Below the pieces are notes generated by a model. It was not told the DNA's origin. It worked only from the letters and a program-made list of their open reading frames with translations, and ran no database searches. A stretch of 64,000 nt of DNA, from positions 864,001 to 928,000 of the forward strand of contig CBDBCR010000003.1 of the NCBI GenBank assembly GCA_965203465.1, given 5' to 3'. This DNA comes from Nitrosopumilaceae archaeon. Lineage in GTDB: Archaea; Thermoproteota; Nitrososphaeria; Nitrososphaerales; Nitrosopumilaceae. Shown here piece after piece: positions 19,878 to 28,796 of this stretch; the first letter of the stretch is position 1; the number at the start of each line of letters is the position of its first letter. The position numbers and the translations under genes are program-made.

Positions 19878-20987
19878 TAGTTCTGGACGAAAATTCGTCG
19901 GTTTGTCAACAATTTTTTTCTCACGCACTTATTTACTACGGGATCAGGCTACACCCATGACTAACACGTCAACGGTGCTGAAAAAGGCACTCAAGAAGGA
20001 AAAGGACGCCCGGGTCAGCCTGCGCATAGTGGCCGTCAACATGGTGGCGGTGCAAGGACAGCGAGTCGACGATGTTGCGCAGAGCCTGATGATGTCCGAC
20101 GACTGGGTGCGGCAGTGGGTGGACAGGTACGAGAGCGGCGGGCTGGACGCCCTCCGCGACCGTCCGCGTGCAGGAAGGCCGCCCAAGGTAAGGAAAGACA
20201 AACTCAACAAGATCATAGACGACGCGTCCCGGAAACGGGTGCGGCCGCACGAGGTCAGCGACGCGATAAAACGGAAGACCGGCGTGGGCTACAGCAGCAG
20301 GCATGTCCTGAGGCTCATGCGCGGCCGCAACCTCTCTCCCAAGAAAATACAGTACGTCCACGTAAACCACGCCAGCCCGGCCGCCGTGAGCAAGTGGCAG
20401 AAGCGCGAAAGGCGCGTTATTGCCTACCACAGGCGCAAAGGGCGCACCGTGGGGTGGGGGGATGAGTCGCACCACCGCAGGGACGACAAGTCCAACGCCT
20501 TGTTCTGGACGGAGCAAGGCACGCCGGTAAGCGGAACCTTCACCAACGACCCCCAAAAAGTGTCGGCGCACGGGCTGTTGCTGGAAGACACAAGACACAT
20601 GGTCTGGCTGTACGACAGGGCCAACTCCGACACGTTCATCGATTTTCTCAAGGAAGCGCACAGGCGGTTCGGGCCGCTCCTCATATACGAAGACCGCGCG
20701 TCGTACCACCAATCGCGCAAGGTTCAGGAGTTTTTGCGCGACAACCCGGAGATCGTCTTGCGGTATACGCCCGTCGGTTCGCCGTACGTGAATCCGGCCG
20801 AGCACATGTGGCTAGTCAAGAGCAGATCGAGCGTCTCGTACAAGTACCACGCATCGTTCGAAGACTTTTGCAAAGACTTGTCGGAGCATTACAGGACCGT
20901 GCACTACAACATAGATCCGATCAAGTGCATGAACCAGCGCCCGAAAAGATACGCCAAGTTTTGACGGCGAACTTTTGTCCAGAACTA
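19878..20987 (+). mobile_element. IS630-family insertion sequence (1110 bp)
   Basis: TIRs TAGTTCTGGACGAAAATTCG / CGAACTTTTGTCCAGAACTA (18/20), with TA on both sides. Confidence 0.93.
19957..20964 (+). CDS. IS630 transposase (intact single ORF)
   Basis: HTH with WV.RY..GG..AL.D.PR.GRP, DDE triad GDES / YEDRASYH / NPAEHMW. Confidence 0.93.
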   Translation: MTNTSTVLKKALKKEKDARVSLRIVAVNMVAVQGQRVDDVAQSLMMSDDWVRQWVDRYESGGLDALRDRPRAGRPPKVRKDKLNKIIDDASRKRVRPHEVSDAIKRKTGVGYSSRHVLRLMRGRNLSPKKIQYVHVNHASPAAVSKWQKRERRVIAYHRRKGRTVGWGDESHHRRDDKSNALFWTEQGTPVSGTFTNDPQKVSAHGLLLEDTRHMVWLYDRANSDTFIDFLKEAHRRFGPLLIYEDRASYHQSRKVQEFLRDNPEIVLRYTPVGSPYVNPAEHMWLVKSRSSVSYKYHASFEDFCKDLSEHYRTVHYNIDPIKCMNQRPKRYAKF

Positions 20988-21168
20988 TATTACTTCGTTC
21001 AGGCCGGCCCTGTCTTTCGACATGCTTCGTATCTTTTCAAACTCGTCTTGGTCGGAGCCGCCCGCGCCAGTGTTTCTGTCCGCACGCTCGGCGACATCCG
21101 CAACCATGCCTCAGGCGGGGGCGTCCGAGTATTTGTGTATTAGCCAGCCGGAGCCGCCCGCCCGGCTG

Positions 21169-21267
21169 GCTTTGTTCGGCAATTCGCATTTTCGTGCCTG
21201 CGCCGTAGCCGGATCGGCCAAAAAACGGCTCCGCTCAGGCACGGATCGCGGAATTACCGAACAAAGC
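21169..21267. mobile_element. 99-bp MITE-like element with 17-bp terminal inverted repeats
   Basis: GCTTTGTTCGGCAATTC ... GAATTACCGAACAAAGC (16/17). Second degenerate copy at 15955. Confidence 0.65.
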
Positions 21268-21312
21268 CCGCCCGGTACGCCGTTTATAAAGAACCGGCGC
21301 GGCCCGCCCCCC

Positions 21313-21960
21313 ATGGGCCTGCGCAAGCTGCAGCTGCGCGAGCAGTACAGGTCGGATCAGGACAGCATCGTCACCGAGTTCTTTTTCCCGTGCCTTGGCG
21401 CCTGCATAGAATACGACAGGTGCGTAAAGTACGCCTCGCTAAAGAGCCTGACCGCGCTGGCCATGGGCTTTGACAACTTTGCCGGCAACGGGGCAAAGAT
21501 GAGGATAATCACAGGCCACCGGTTCGGTGCCTACGACCTCGAGACCATGTCGGGTATGTTCGGCTCCAAGCGGCAGGCCTCCAAGGACATACGCGACGCA
21601 AAGCTGGCCATGCTCAAGAGGATAATAGACAACGGCCAGCTCGAGATGAAGGTGGCAGTCTCGGGCTCGGAGGGGGTGAGCGGCTCGTTCTCGGAGAGCA
21701 CCGGCATATTCAGGGACGGCCGCGACGACGCGGTGGCCTTTACGGGCACGTCCAGCGAGATGATCAGCGCGCCGGGCAGCGACTTCGAGTCTATCGATGT
21801 CTTTACGTCCTGGAACGACGGCTCGCGCGTGGAGGCAAAGTCGCGCACCTTCGAGGACCTGTGGGCCGGCAGGATAGGCCACCTCGACGTGGTCGATTTC
21901 GGCGAGGCCATCAGGAACAACGTGGCAAAGTACTCCATGAAGTGGGCGCTGGGCCACTAG
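21313..21960 (+). CDS. Stand-alone PLD-fold protein, like the N-terminus of SF2 helicase/restriction proteins, with the HxK motif lost
   Basis: YRSDQDSIVTEFFFPCL..YDR, GIFRD..DD.VAFTG and FESIDVF.SW motifs. FSEST where FHEK is expected. Confidence 0.7.
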   Translation: MGLRKLQLREQYRSDQDSIVTEFFFPCLGACIEYDRCVKYASLKSLTALAMGFDNFAGNGAKMRIITGHRFGAYDLETMSGMFGSKRQASKDIRDAKLAMLKRIIDNGQLEMKVAVSGSEGVSGSFSESTGIFRDGRDDAVAFTGTSSEMISAPGSDFESIDVFTSWNDGSRVEAKSRTFEDLWAGRIGHLDVVDFGEAIRNNVAKYSMKWALGH

Positions 21961-22493
21961 CGCCGGTTCTGCGGGAACGAGGCGCGCGACATGCGGTAGT
22001 ATATGACCTCGCCGCGCCGCTCGAGCACGGCGATGACCGGCTCCTTGCCCATGCGCGTGATCTCGGATATCTTCCTCTGCAGCTGTCCTATCTTCTCGCT
22101 CTGCCCCTCGTTGAGCGCGAAGACCAGGTAGCGCGCGCCCCGCCTGCCGAACTGGCCGCGCTCGTACACCCTAAAGTCCGAGCCGAACCCGAACCCGTCC
22201 TTGACCACGTAGCCGCGCGAGCACAGGTCGCGGTACACCAGGAACTTGGTCAGCGCGCCCGGATCGCGCGCCGAGCTGAGCCGGACCAGCTCCTCGAACT
22301 CGACGCGCCTGCCCCCCGAGCGCAGCAGCAGGCGCCCCTCGTAGACCAGGTAGAGCGCCTCGGAGGGCAGCAGGACGAGGCGGCCGCCCGAGTGCTCGCC
22401 GTGGCCGCGCGCCTCCAGCTCCGAGACGGCGGCCCCGTCGCGCACCACCGCCTCGCCCCTTTCCAGAACCCCCTCCAGCCGCGGCCCGTCCAC
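21957..22493 (-). CDS. endA: tRNA-intron endonuclease
   Basis: EALYL, FLVYRDL..RGYVVKDGFGFGSDFRVYERG. Start GTG 22493. Confidence 0.92.
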   Translation of the reverse strand: MDGPRLEGVLERGEAVVRDGAAVSELEARGHGEHSGGRLVLLPSEALYLVYEGRLLLRSGGRRVEFEELVRLSSARDPGALTKFLVYRDLCSRGYVVKDGFGFGSDFRVYERGQFGRRGARYLVFALNEGQSEKIGQLQRKISEITRMGKEPVIAVLERRGEVIYYRMSRASFPQNRR

Positions 22494-22556
22494 GGCCCCC
22501 CTCCCGGCCCGTCCATATATCACCGTTAAAATAAGGCCCCCGGCGCCCCTGCGCCC

Positions 22557-23054
22557 GTGCACGGCGCCAACTACCGCAGATCCAACGGCCAGGCCTACGC
22601 CCAAAAGACGTACATAAAGGGCAAGCCCCAGCACAAGATAGCAAAGTTCCACGGGGGCAAGAGGGGCGCCTACGACGTGCTGGTGCAGCTGGTCATCAAC
22701 GAAAAGGTCCAGATCAGGCACACGGCCATAGAGGCGTGCAGGCTGGCGGCCAACAAGAGGCTGGAAAAGACCACCGGCGAATCGGGGTACTTTTCGCGCC
22801 TGCGCGTGTACCCCCACATACTGCTCAGGGAGAACAAGCAGATAGCCACGGCCGGGGCCGACCGCATCTCGCAGGGCATGAGGGGCTCGTTCGGCAAGGC
22901 AGTCAGCCTGGCCGCCCGCGTCCGCGCCGGCCAGGTGATAATGGAGATGGAGGTCAAAAAAGAGCACGCGGGGGCCGCCAGGAAGGCCCTGCACGGCGCC
23001 TGCGTAAAGCTGCCCGGCACCCCCTCGGTGAGGGAGACGCCAATCGGGCAGTAG
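22557..23054 (+). CDS. rpl10e: 50S ribosomal protein L10e (uL16)
   Basis: YPHILLRENK..TAGADRISQGMRGSFGK. Confidence 0.96.
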   Translation: MHGANYRRSNGQAYAQKTYIKGKPQHKIAKFHGGKRGAYDVLVQLVINEKVQIRHTAIEACRLAANKRLEKTTGESGYFSRLRVYPHILLRENKQIATAGADRISQGMRGSFGKAVSLAARVRAGQVIMEMEVKKEHAGAARKALHGACVKLPGTPSVRETPIGQ

Positions 23055-23086
23055 ATTTTTAACGCTTTGCGGCGGGGGCCCGCCGA

Positions 23087-23160
23087 GCAGTTATAGTATA
23101 GTTTGGTTATTATGCGAGCTTGCCAAGTTCGTGACCCGGGTTCAAATCCCGGTAACTGCA
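23087..23160 (+). tRNA. tRNA-Gly(GCC)
   Basis: Acceptor GCAGTTA/TAACTGC, anticodon arm CGAGC-TTGCCAA-GTTCG, GTTCAAATC T-loop. Confidence 0.95.
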
Positions 23161-23161
23161 A

Positions 23162-23719
23162 TTGCCCTCCCTGCGCAGCGCAAAGGCCGCCGGGAGGCCC
23201 GGCATCTCGGGCGGCAGCACGCTTGCCAGCCTGGACAAGTCCCGCATATACTACATGCTCGACACGACCGTCTGCCTGGACATAGTCAACGGGGCCACGG
23301 GCGGGCGGTTCGGGGAGTTTTTCGAAAGGGTGGGCCGCTCGGGCAGGGTCTCGTTCCTGATACCGGCCGCGATCGAAAACGAGCTGGGCGGATACCTGCA
23401 CCACAACGGCGAAAAGCGCAGGCAGCTACCCATAGTCAAAAAGTACCTGCGCGAGTACGGCAGGTGCGAGGCAAAGTACCGGTACCCGGTCGAGCGCGGC
23501 CTGCGCGCGCAGACGCGCGAGGTGAGATCCCGATACCCGGAGCTGTCCGAGCGCGACGCGTACCTGCTGTACGTGTTCAGGCGCCACTGCCGGCACGCCC
23601 GGCTGCGCCTGCTTACCAGCGACGCTGCGCTGCGGCGGGCCGCCGCAAAAGAGTGCCCGCGCGGCGCCGTCATAGACCCGCGCCGGTTTTCAGATCCAGC
23701 GAAAACAGCTCGAAACTGA
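23162..23719 (+). CDS. PIN-domain protein (start uncertain; ATG 23255 is an alternative)
   Basis: YYMLDTT, IPAAIENE, LSERDAYL and LLTSDAAL supply the four acidic PIN positions. Confidence 0.75.
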   Translation: MPSLRSAKAAGRPGISGGSTLASLDKSRIYYMLDTTVCLDIVNGATGGRFGEFFERVGRSGRVSFLIPAAIENELGGYLHHNGEKRRQLPIVKKYLREYGRCEAKYRYPVERGLRAQTREVRSRYPELSERDAYLLYVFRRHCRHARLRLLTSDAALRRAAAKECPRGAVIDPRRFSDPAKTARN

Positions 23720-24434
23720 ACAGCGGCTCGAAGAATTCCGCGAACAGCCGGGGGTCCAGCGCGCTTGCCACGTGTATGCCCGAGGTCCAGCCGCTCATGC
23801 GCCTCTGCGGCCACCTCGGCGATTCGGACTCTAGGTACCCGGCAAGGCCGGACAGATCTGTCCCCTCCATGACCGTGACAAGCAGCGTGCCGGCAAAGTG
23901 CCGGGCCGGCGCGAGCGCGCACGCGCACCCCTCCAGAAAGAGCGGCGCGCCGCCGCTCCGGAAGGCCCGCCACGAATCGAGCCGCAGGCCGCGCAGCTCG
24001 CGCGGCCTGGCTGGGCGCGGCTCGGCGCCGCTGCCCGAAAGGGCGTACCACGTCCAGGCGCCCGAGGGCTCGAAGCCGGCCTTTAACGCCAGGCTCCGCG
24101 AGGCCGAGTTGCCCACCTGCACGAACGCGCGCATCACCGAGGCCCCGCGCGAGCGCGCCGACGAGGCGGCGTCGGCGACCAGCGAGTGTCCGACGCCGCG
24201 CCGGTGCAGCCGCCCGTCCACGCGCAGGCCCTCCATCCAGGCCTCGCCGGAGCGCACCGAGACGCCGCACGCGCCGACGGGCCCGCCCGGGCCGCGCGCC
24301 ACCCGGAGCGTCCCCTCGCGCATCCACGAATCCCACGCGTCTGCCACGTAGTCGCCGCCCGGGTGCAGCCGCGCGCACATGTCCAGGACCGCCTCGCGGT
24401 CGGAGGGGCGCGCCGGGCCCAAGTCCGCCTTCAT
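23670..24434 (-). CDS. GNAT family N-acetyltransferase
   Basis: WMEGLRVDGRLHRRGVG, N.ASRSLA.KAGF. Start ATG 24434. Confidence 0.88.
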   Translation of the reverse strand: MKADLGPARPSDREAVLDMCARLHPGGDYVADAWDSWMREGTLRVARGPGGPVGACGVSVRSGEAWMEGLRVDGRLHRRGVGHSLVADAASSARSRGASVMRAFVQVGNSASRSLALKAGFEPSGAWTWYALSGSGAEPRPARPRELRGLRLDSWRAFRSGGAPLFLEGCACALAPARHFAGTLLVTVMEGTDLSGLAGYLESESPRWPQRRMSGWTSGIHVASALDPRLFAEFFEPLFSFELFSLDLKTGAGL

Positions 24435-24850
24435 GGCCGGCCGGCCAGCGCCCCCCGGATTTTTTCGAGCAGCTCGCGCGCCCCGTCCGCCCGGGCAAGC
24501 TGCACGCCGAGCACGGACCGGCCCCCGTCGGCGGCGATGCAGAAAGAGGCCGAGCCTGCCAGCAGCTCGAAAAATTCCAGCGATTCTGCCGCGTCGGCCA
24601 AAAACTCCCGCCGGCCGCACCCGGGCAGCTCGACCGACAGTTCCACGAAGACGTGGCCGGCCATGTCGTCGAGTATGTTGGCGCCCACGTCCAGGCGCAG
24701 GGCTTTTCCCCCGGCGGCTTGGAGCGCCCTGGCGTACGTGTCCCCGTCCACCTCGATGCAGGGCGCGCGCCCGCCGCCCAGCTCGGCCTCGGAGAACCCG
24801 TGGTGTACCGCAGCGCGCAGCTCTTCGAGGCCGCGCGGGTCAGGCCTCAT
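24431..24850 (-). CDS. Hypothetical protein
   Basis: ORF coupled by 4-nt overlaps to both neighbours (MRPDPRG...). Confidence 0.7.
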   Translation of the reverse strand: MRPDPRGLEELRAAVHHGFSEAELGGGRAPCIEVDGDTYARALQAAGGKALRLDVGANILDDMAGHVFVELSVELPGCGRREFLADAAESLEFFELLAGSASFCIAADGGRSVLGVQLARADGARELLEKIRGALAGRP

Positions 24851-26142
24851 TCGAGCCTCGCGGCCACCCGGTCGCCGGCCCTGACAAGGAACGGCGAGAT
24901 GAACGTGGTGATTATAGATATGATGCCGACCAGCGGGAACAGAAAGGCGCTCACCGCGCCGATGTCGACTCCCAGCTTTACTATGATGATGGAGAACTCG
25001 CCGCGCGGGGCGCCCAGCGTGAACGCCGAGCGGACAGCGCCGGCCTTTTTCTGCCTGAACAGAAAGTTGCCCATCAGGTTGCCCCCCAGCTTCATGCCGG
25101 CGGCCACGGCCAGCAGCGCCAGGGCCAGCCATATGTACGCGTCCAGGTGCGTCACGTCCATGAGCGCGCCCACCGAGACGAAAAAGACTGCCACGAACAT
25201 GTCCTTTATGGGCCCCGAGAGCAGTTTCGAGACCTCGGCCGAGCGCGATTCGGCCACGAGCACGCCGGCTAGGAACGCGCCGATGGCCACCGACAGTCCG
25301 ACCACGTTGGCAAGCAGCGCGTAGCCGAAGCACAGCCCCAGCACGCTGAGCAGCAGTATCTCGCGGTGCTCGTAGGCGGCCACCTTGTCGATGAGCGGCG
25401 AGATGAACCTTATCCCGACGGTGAACGTGCCGGCGATGAGGCCGACGGCCACTATCAGTATCACGGCGATGCCCTCGACCGAGACCGAGCCGACCAGCGC
25501 CACAGACTGCAGCGACGATATGAGTATCACGGCGATTACGTCCTCGACTATCAGTATGCCGAGCACCATTATGGACGACTGCGAGCGCACCCTGCCGGTG
25601 TCCTCGAATATCTTTACTATTATCGCGGTGCTCGATATGGACAGCGCCGCGGCGATGAACAGCGCGTCCATGAACTCGAGGCCCAGCACGGTGGCCACGT
25701 AGAATATGGCGCCCATCGTCGAAAAGAGCCCGATGGTGCCCACGCCGACGGCCACCTTGCCGATGGATCGGATCTTGGCGTAGGGGAACTCCATGCCTAT
25801 GACGAAGAGCAGCAGTATCACGCCGATCTCGGCGAACAGGTTGAACGCGACGATGTCCGAGACGAGGCCGACGCCGGCGTCGTTGGGCTCGCCTTCGGGC
25901 AGGAACCACGACCAGAACGGCGAGAGCGGGCCTATCAGCATGCCGGCGAACAGGTACCCGACGATGAGCGGCTGGCGTATCTTGAAGAACGCCAGCGTGA
26001 CGACGGCCGCGATTATCATGATCACTGCAAGGTCGGTGATGAACGTGTTGTGCGGGACCTCGGGGACCAGCTGCTCTGCTATCGTCCCGAGGCTCTGGCT
26101 TATGGAGTGCGGTATGCCGCCTTGGAGCGCGTTGTCCAGCAC
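24847..26142 (-). CDS. Cation:proton antiporter (CPA2, KefB/NapA-like)
   Basis: Multi-TM. AEIGVILLLFVIGMEF, SISSTAII, GILIVED, FFVSVG, RGEFS. Confidence 0.93.
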   Translation of the reverse strand: MLDNALQGGIPHSISQSLGTIAEQLVPEVPHNTFITDLAVIMIIAAVVTLAFFKIRQPLIVGYLFAGMLIGPLSPFWSWFLPEGEPNDAGVGLVSDIVAFNLFAEIGVILLLFVIGMEFPYAKIRSIGKVAVGVGTIGLFSTMGAIFYVATVLGLEFMDALFIAAALSISSTAIIVKIFEDTGRVRSQSSIMVLGILIVEDVIAVILISSLQSVALVGSVSVEGIAVILIVAVGLIAGTFTVGIRFISPLIDKVAAYEHREILLLSVLGLCFGYALLANVVGLSVAIGAFLAGVLVAESRSAEVSKLLSGPIKDMFVAVFFVSVGALMDVTHLDAYIWLALALLAVAAGMKLGGNLMGNFLFRQKKAGAVRSAFTLGAPRGEFSIIIVKLGVDIGAVSAFLFPLVGIISIITTFISPFLVRAGDRVAARLE

Positions 26143-26193
26143 GCCCGTGCCGCCGACGGTTTTTCTTTTAAATCAGGTGATCCGCGCCGCCCC

Positions 26194-26256
26194 GCAGGGT
26201 GATGAGCGGGTCTGCCGAACGCCTGTGTGGAGAGACGACCTGGGGTATCTGACTGC
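26194..26256 (+). ncRNA. Candidate C/D-box guide sRNA
   Basis: Box C GTGATGA (26199), D' CCGA (26215), degenerate C', box D CTGA (26249), terminal stem GCAG/CTGC, TTTAAA box at ~26168. Confidence 0.65.
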
Positions 26257-26290
26257 ATGGATTATATAGTACCGTACCGTACCTTGTGGC

Positions 26291-26389
26291 ATGATGAAGT
26301 GCGGACACTGCTCCAAGAACTTTGCTGCCACCGGCACGGGCCTGCTCGAAAGGACCGTCCACGAGCTTGCGTACCACGCCCAGAACTGA
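26291..26389 (+). CDS. 32-aa C2H2-type zinc-finger microprotein (absent from ORF track)
   Basis: MMKCGHCSKNFAATGTGLLERTVHELAYHAQN: C-x2-C-x16-H-x4-H. TTATATA box at 26262 and a T-rich terminator at 26396-26408. Confidence 0.75.
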   Translation: MMKCGHCSKNFAATGTGLLERTVHELAYHAQN

Positions 26390-26441
26390 AACCCCTTTTC
26401 TCTTTTTTGAGCTTTAATAGCCAGTCGGCGACGGCAGTGGC

Positions 26442-27839
26442 ATGGCAGCTGCCAGAAAGGCAAAGCCGGCGGCCGGCAAAACCGCCGCAAAGAAACCGGC
26501 CGGCAAAAAATCCGTCGCGAAAAAGGCGCCCGCAAAGCCGACGGTAAAGGCCGCCAAACCGGCCGGCAAAAAGGCGCTGGCCAGGCGCGAGCCGACGCAG
26601 GCCGCGATGATAAAAAAGGTGGCCGCCGTCTCGGACGCTACAAAGTCTCTTTCTGGCGAGGTAAAGTCGATCGGCAGGATATTTTCGGACAACCAGAAGA
26701 TCATGGTGTCCATAAAGTCCGTAATAGACTCGGTTGCCTCCTCCCTAGAGGAGATCCACAGGCAGTCGAGGCAGATCAACATGCTCGAAGAGGACACCAA
26801 AAAGATCTTCGCCGGCCTCAACCAAGCGAGGGACAGATCCGCCTCGGTGGCCCGCCTCGAGGCGCAGGCGGCGGCCATGAAGGAGGCCATGGCCAGGATC
26901 GAAAAGTCCGCGCCCGGCGCCGACTTGGCAAAGCAGGTGGGCGACAGCGTCGATTCCATACGCAACAACTCGCACATGATCATAAAGATAGCCCAGCGCG
27001 TCGACGAGGTGCGCGAGCAGCTCAGGGAGGTCTCCGGAAAGGCCGAGGCCGTGGGCCGCGCGATCCCGGAGCTCGAAGCGATAAGGGCGCGCGTGGACGA
27101 GGCCGCCTCCAAGGCGGGCGAGCCGCCGGCCGGGATGGCGGAGCTGCGAGCTGAGCTGGAAAAGGTGGCCGCGGGCGGGGCCGGCCGGCTCGGCGCCGAG
27201 ATGGAGCGCATCGGCTCGGCCATATCGGAGATATCCGAAAAGGCGGACCGCATGGCCGGCCTCGAGGTGGTCGTCAACGGGCTGAAGAGGCAGTTCGACG
27301 AGATCGCCGCAAGAGCCGATCCGGCCGGCGCGCTCTCGGCCGAGATGGAATCACTAAAGTCGAAGATGGACGAGCTGGTCCGCGGCGCCCCAGAGGTGGC
27401 CGCCGTGCGCACCGAGGTCTCGTCGCTGCGCGGCGAGCTCGCCGAGCGGGCCGGCGCCATCGAGACCAGGCTGGCAGAGATAGGGGGGCGCGCCTCGGAG
27501 GACGCGGGGAACCTGATGAGGCTATCCGAGATTCAGTCGCGCGTCAGGATGGCCTCGGAGTCAAAGTACGGCGGGCCCGAGGAGATATCGCGCATGTGCT
27601 CCTGCCTTGCCGAGATGGGCCGGTTGCCCGGCGGCGGGCCCGAGGAGGCGCAGCGCTGGGCAGTCGCCAAGATAATGGACTGCGCGGACAAGTGGGAGGT
27701 GCGCCTGGCAGAGGTGATGGAAAAGCTGCGCGGGGCCGCCGGCGACGAAAAGGTGGCGGGGCTGGTCCGGATGCAGCAGGTCAGGGAGATCTACGGCACG
27801 CGCGGGGCAGATCAGGTAAAGGCGGACCTGGGGCTGTAG
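26442..27839 (+). CDS. Long coiled-coil protein with Lys/Ala-rich (histone H1-like) N-terminus
   Basis: AKKPAGKK repeats followed by ~350 aa of heptad-rich sequence. Confidence 0.8.
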   Translation: MAAARKAKPAAGKTAAKKPAGKKSVAKKAPAKPTVKAAKPAGKKALARREPTQAAMIKKVAAVSDATKSLSGEVKSIGRIFSDNQKIMVSIKSVIDSVASSLEEIHRQSRQINMLEEDTKKIFAGLNQARDRSASVARLEAQAAAMKEAMARIEKSAPGADLAKQVGDSVDSIRNNSHMIIKIAQRVDEVREQLREVSGKAEAVGRAIPELEAIRARVDEAASKAGEPPAGMAELRAELEKVAAGGAGRLGAEMERIGSAISEISEKADRMAGLEVVVNGLKRQFDEIAARADPAGALSAEMESLKSKMDELVRGAPEVAAVRTEVSSLRGELAERAGAIETRLAEIGGRASEDAGNLMRLSEIQSRVRMASESKYGGPEEISRMCSCLAEMGRLPGGGPEEAQRWAVAKIMDCADKWEVRLAEVMEKLRGAAGDEKVAGLVRMQQVREIYGTRGADQVKADLGL

Positions 27840-28044
27840 GCAGCGCGGCGCAGGAAAAGGCCGTGCGTGCGCGGCCGGACGCAGGCTTTGGGCCGGAACC
27901 CGCCGATTTGCGCGACGGTTCCGATCTGTTCGGAGGCCTTGACCGTTGAGTAGCGATGGGCGATCGCGTGATCGCCCACCCTATACCACCGAATCATTAT
28001 TCATTGATATTGTATTTATACTCAAAAGCGCGCCGCGTGGCGAA

Positions 28045-28796
28045 TTGAAAATAAGAATCGGCGATCAGGAGATCGGCGAAGAACTGCAAGAAAAAATGAA
28101 CGCGATCGTAAGCGGGTTTTTGGGAGCAGAATCTAGAGTCACGGAGATCGCTCCCCCCAGTCAGGCAGATCACGCTACGGGAATCAGTATCCCTCACTGT
28201 GAACGGCGAGAGGCACATCTCGGTAAAGCTGGCGTATGGCGGGGCGCAAGAGATCAGGTGGGAGGTGTTTCATGCCCACATGAGAAATCTTTTAGGGCTG
28301 CCGCACTACAAACTGGAAAGGTATGGAATACATAATTATGGACTGGGGGATGGCCGGCAGGCGGCGAAGCATTGCAGAACTGTGCGTGCGCGCGGACGTA
28401 AGGAAAAGCCCGGCATCGCCGTTCCAGTTTGGGCAGGTCGTCGCCCAGGACATACTGTTTGCTGCGGGAGATAGAAAGAGGGACCATATCGTCTGGGATC
28501 TGGACAAGAAGGCGATGTTTTCCATAGATCACGAGATGCCGGCGGAAGATATGGAAGAAATCGTCATGTTTTTTCGTAACGAGTTGGGGTATGTCTATGG
28601 AGAAAACTGGCACCCTGGCTCCAAGCACCAGAACGCGTTCAGGGACGCGTTTAACGGAGTGTGGGAAAAGGCGCACGACGGCAAGGCAGAGATTCTAAAG
28701 CGCTACAGAGAAGAGGCGCTGGAAGAGTTCGGGGACGGGTTCTCCGAGCGGATTTCTAGCGGGAGCGAAGGTTTCCTGCAGGACGTGGTGTTTTGA
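28045..28796 (+). pseudogene. HipA/PI3-PI4-kinase-like protein with two frameshifts
   Basis: Three successive frames give MKIRIG..., ISVKLAY...EIRWEVFHAHMRNLLGLP, and QDILFAAGDRKRDHIVW...FSIDHE. TTTATA box ~25 nt upstream of TTG 28045. Confidence 0.65.

Larger units (their letters stand above)
19774..21107 (-). pseudogene. 73-aa hypothetical gene split by the IS630 insertion
   Basis: Removing the IS and one TA restores one ORF, MVADVAER...LNEVI|LLQQKYEY...DSSY*, whose TAA overlaps the protease ATG (TAATG). Confidence 0.7.

Noticed and set aside
15690-23160. att-site duplications of the tRNA 3' ends defining a provirus
   Set aside because: No second copy of either tRNA 3' end and no tyrosine integrase were seen by eye in this window.
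26442-27839. Methyl-accepting chemotaxis protein or SMC
   Set aside because: There is no MCP hairpin motif and no Walker motifs, only generic coiled coil.
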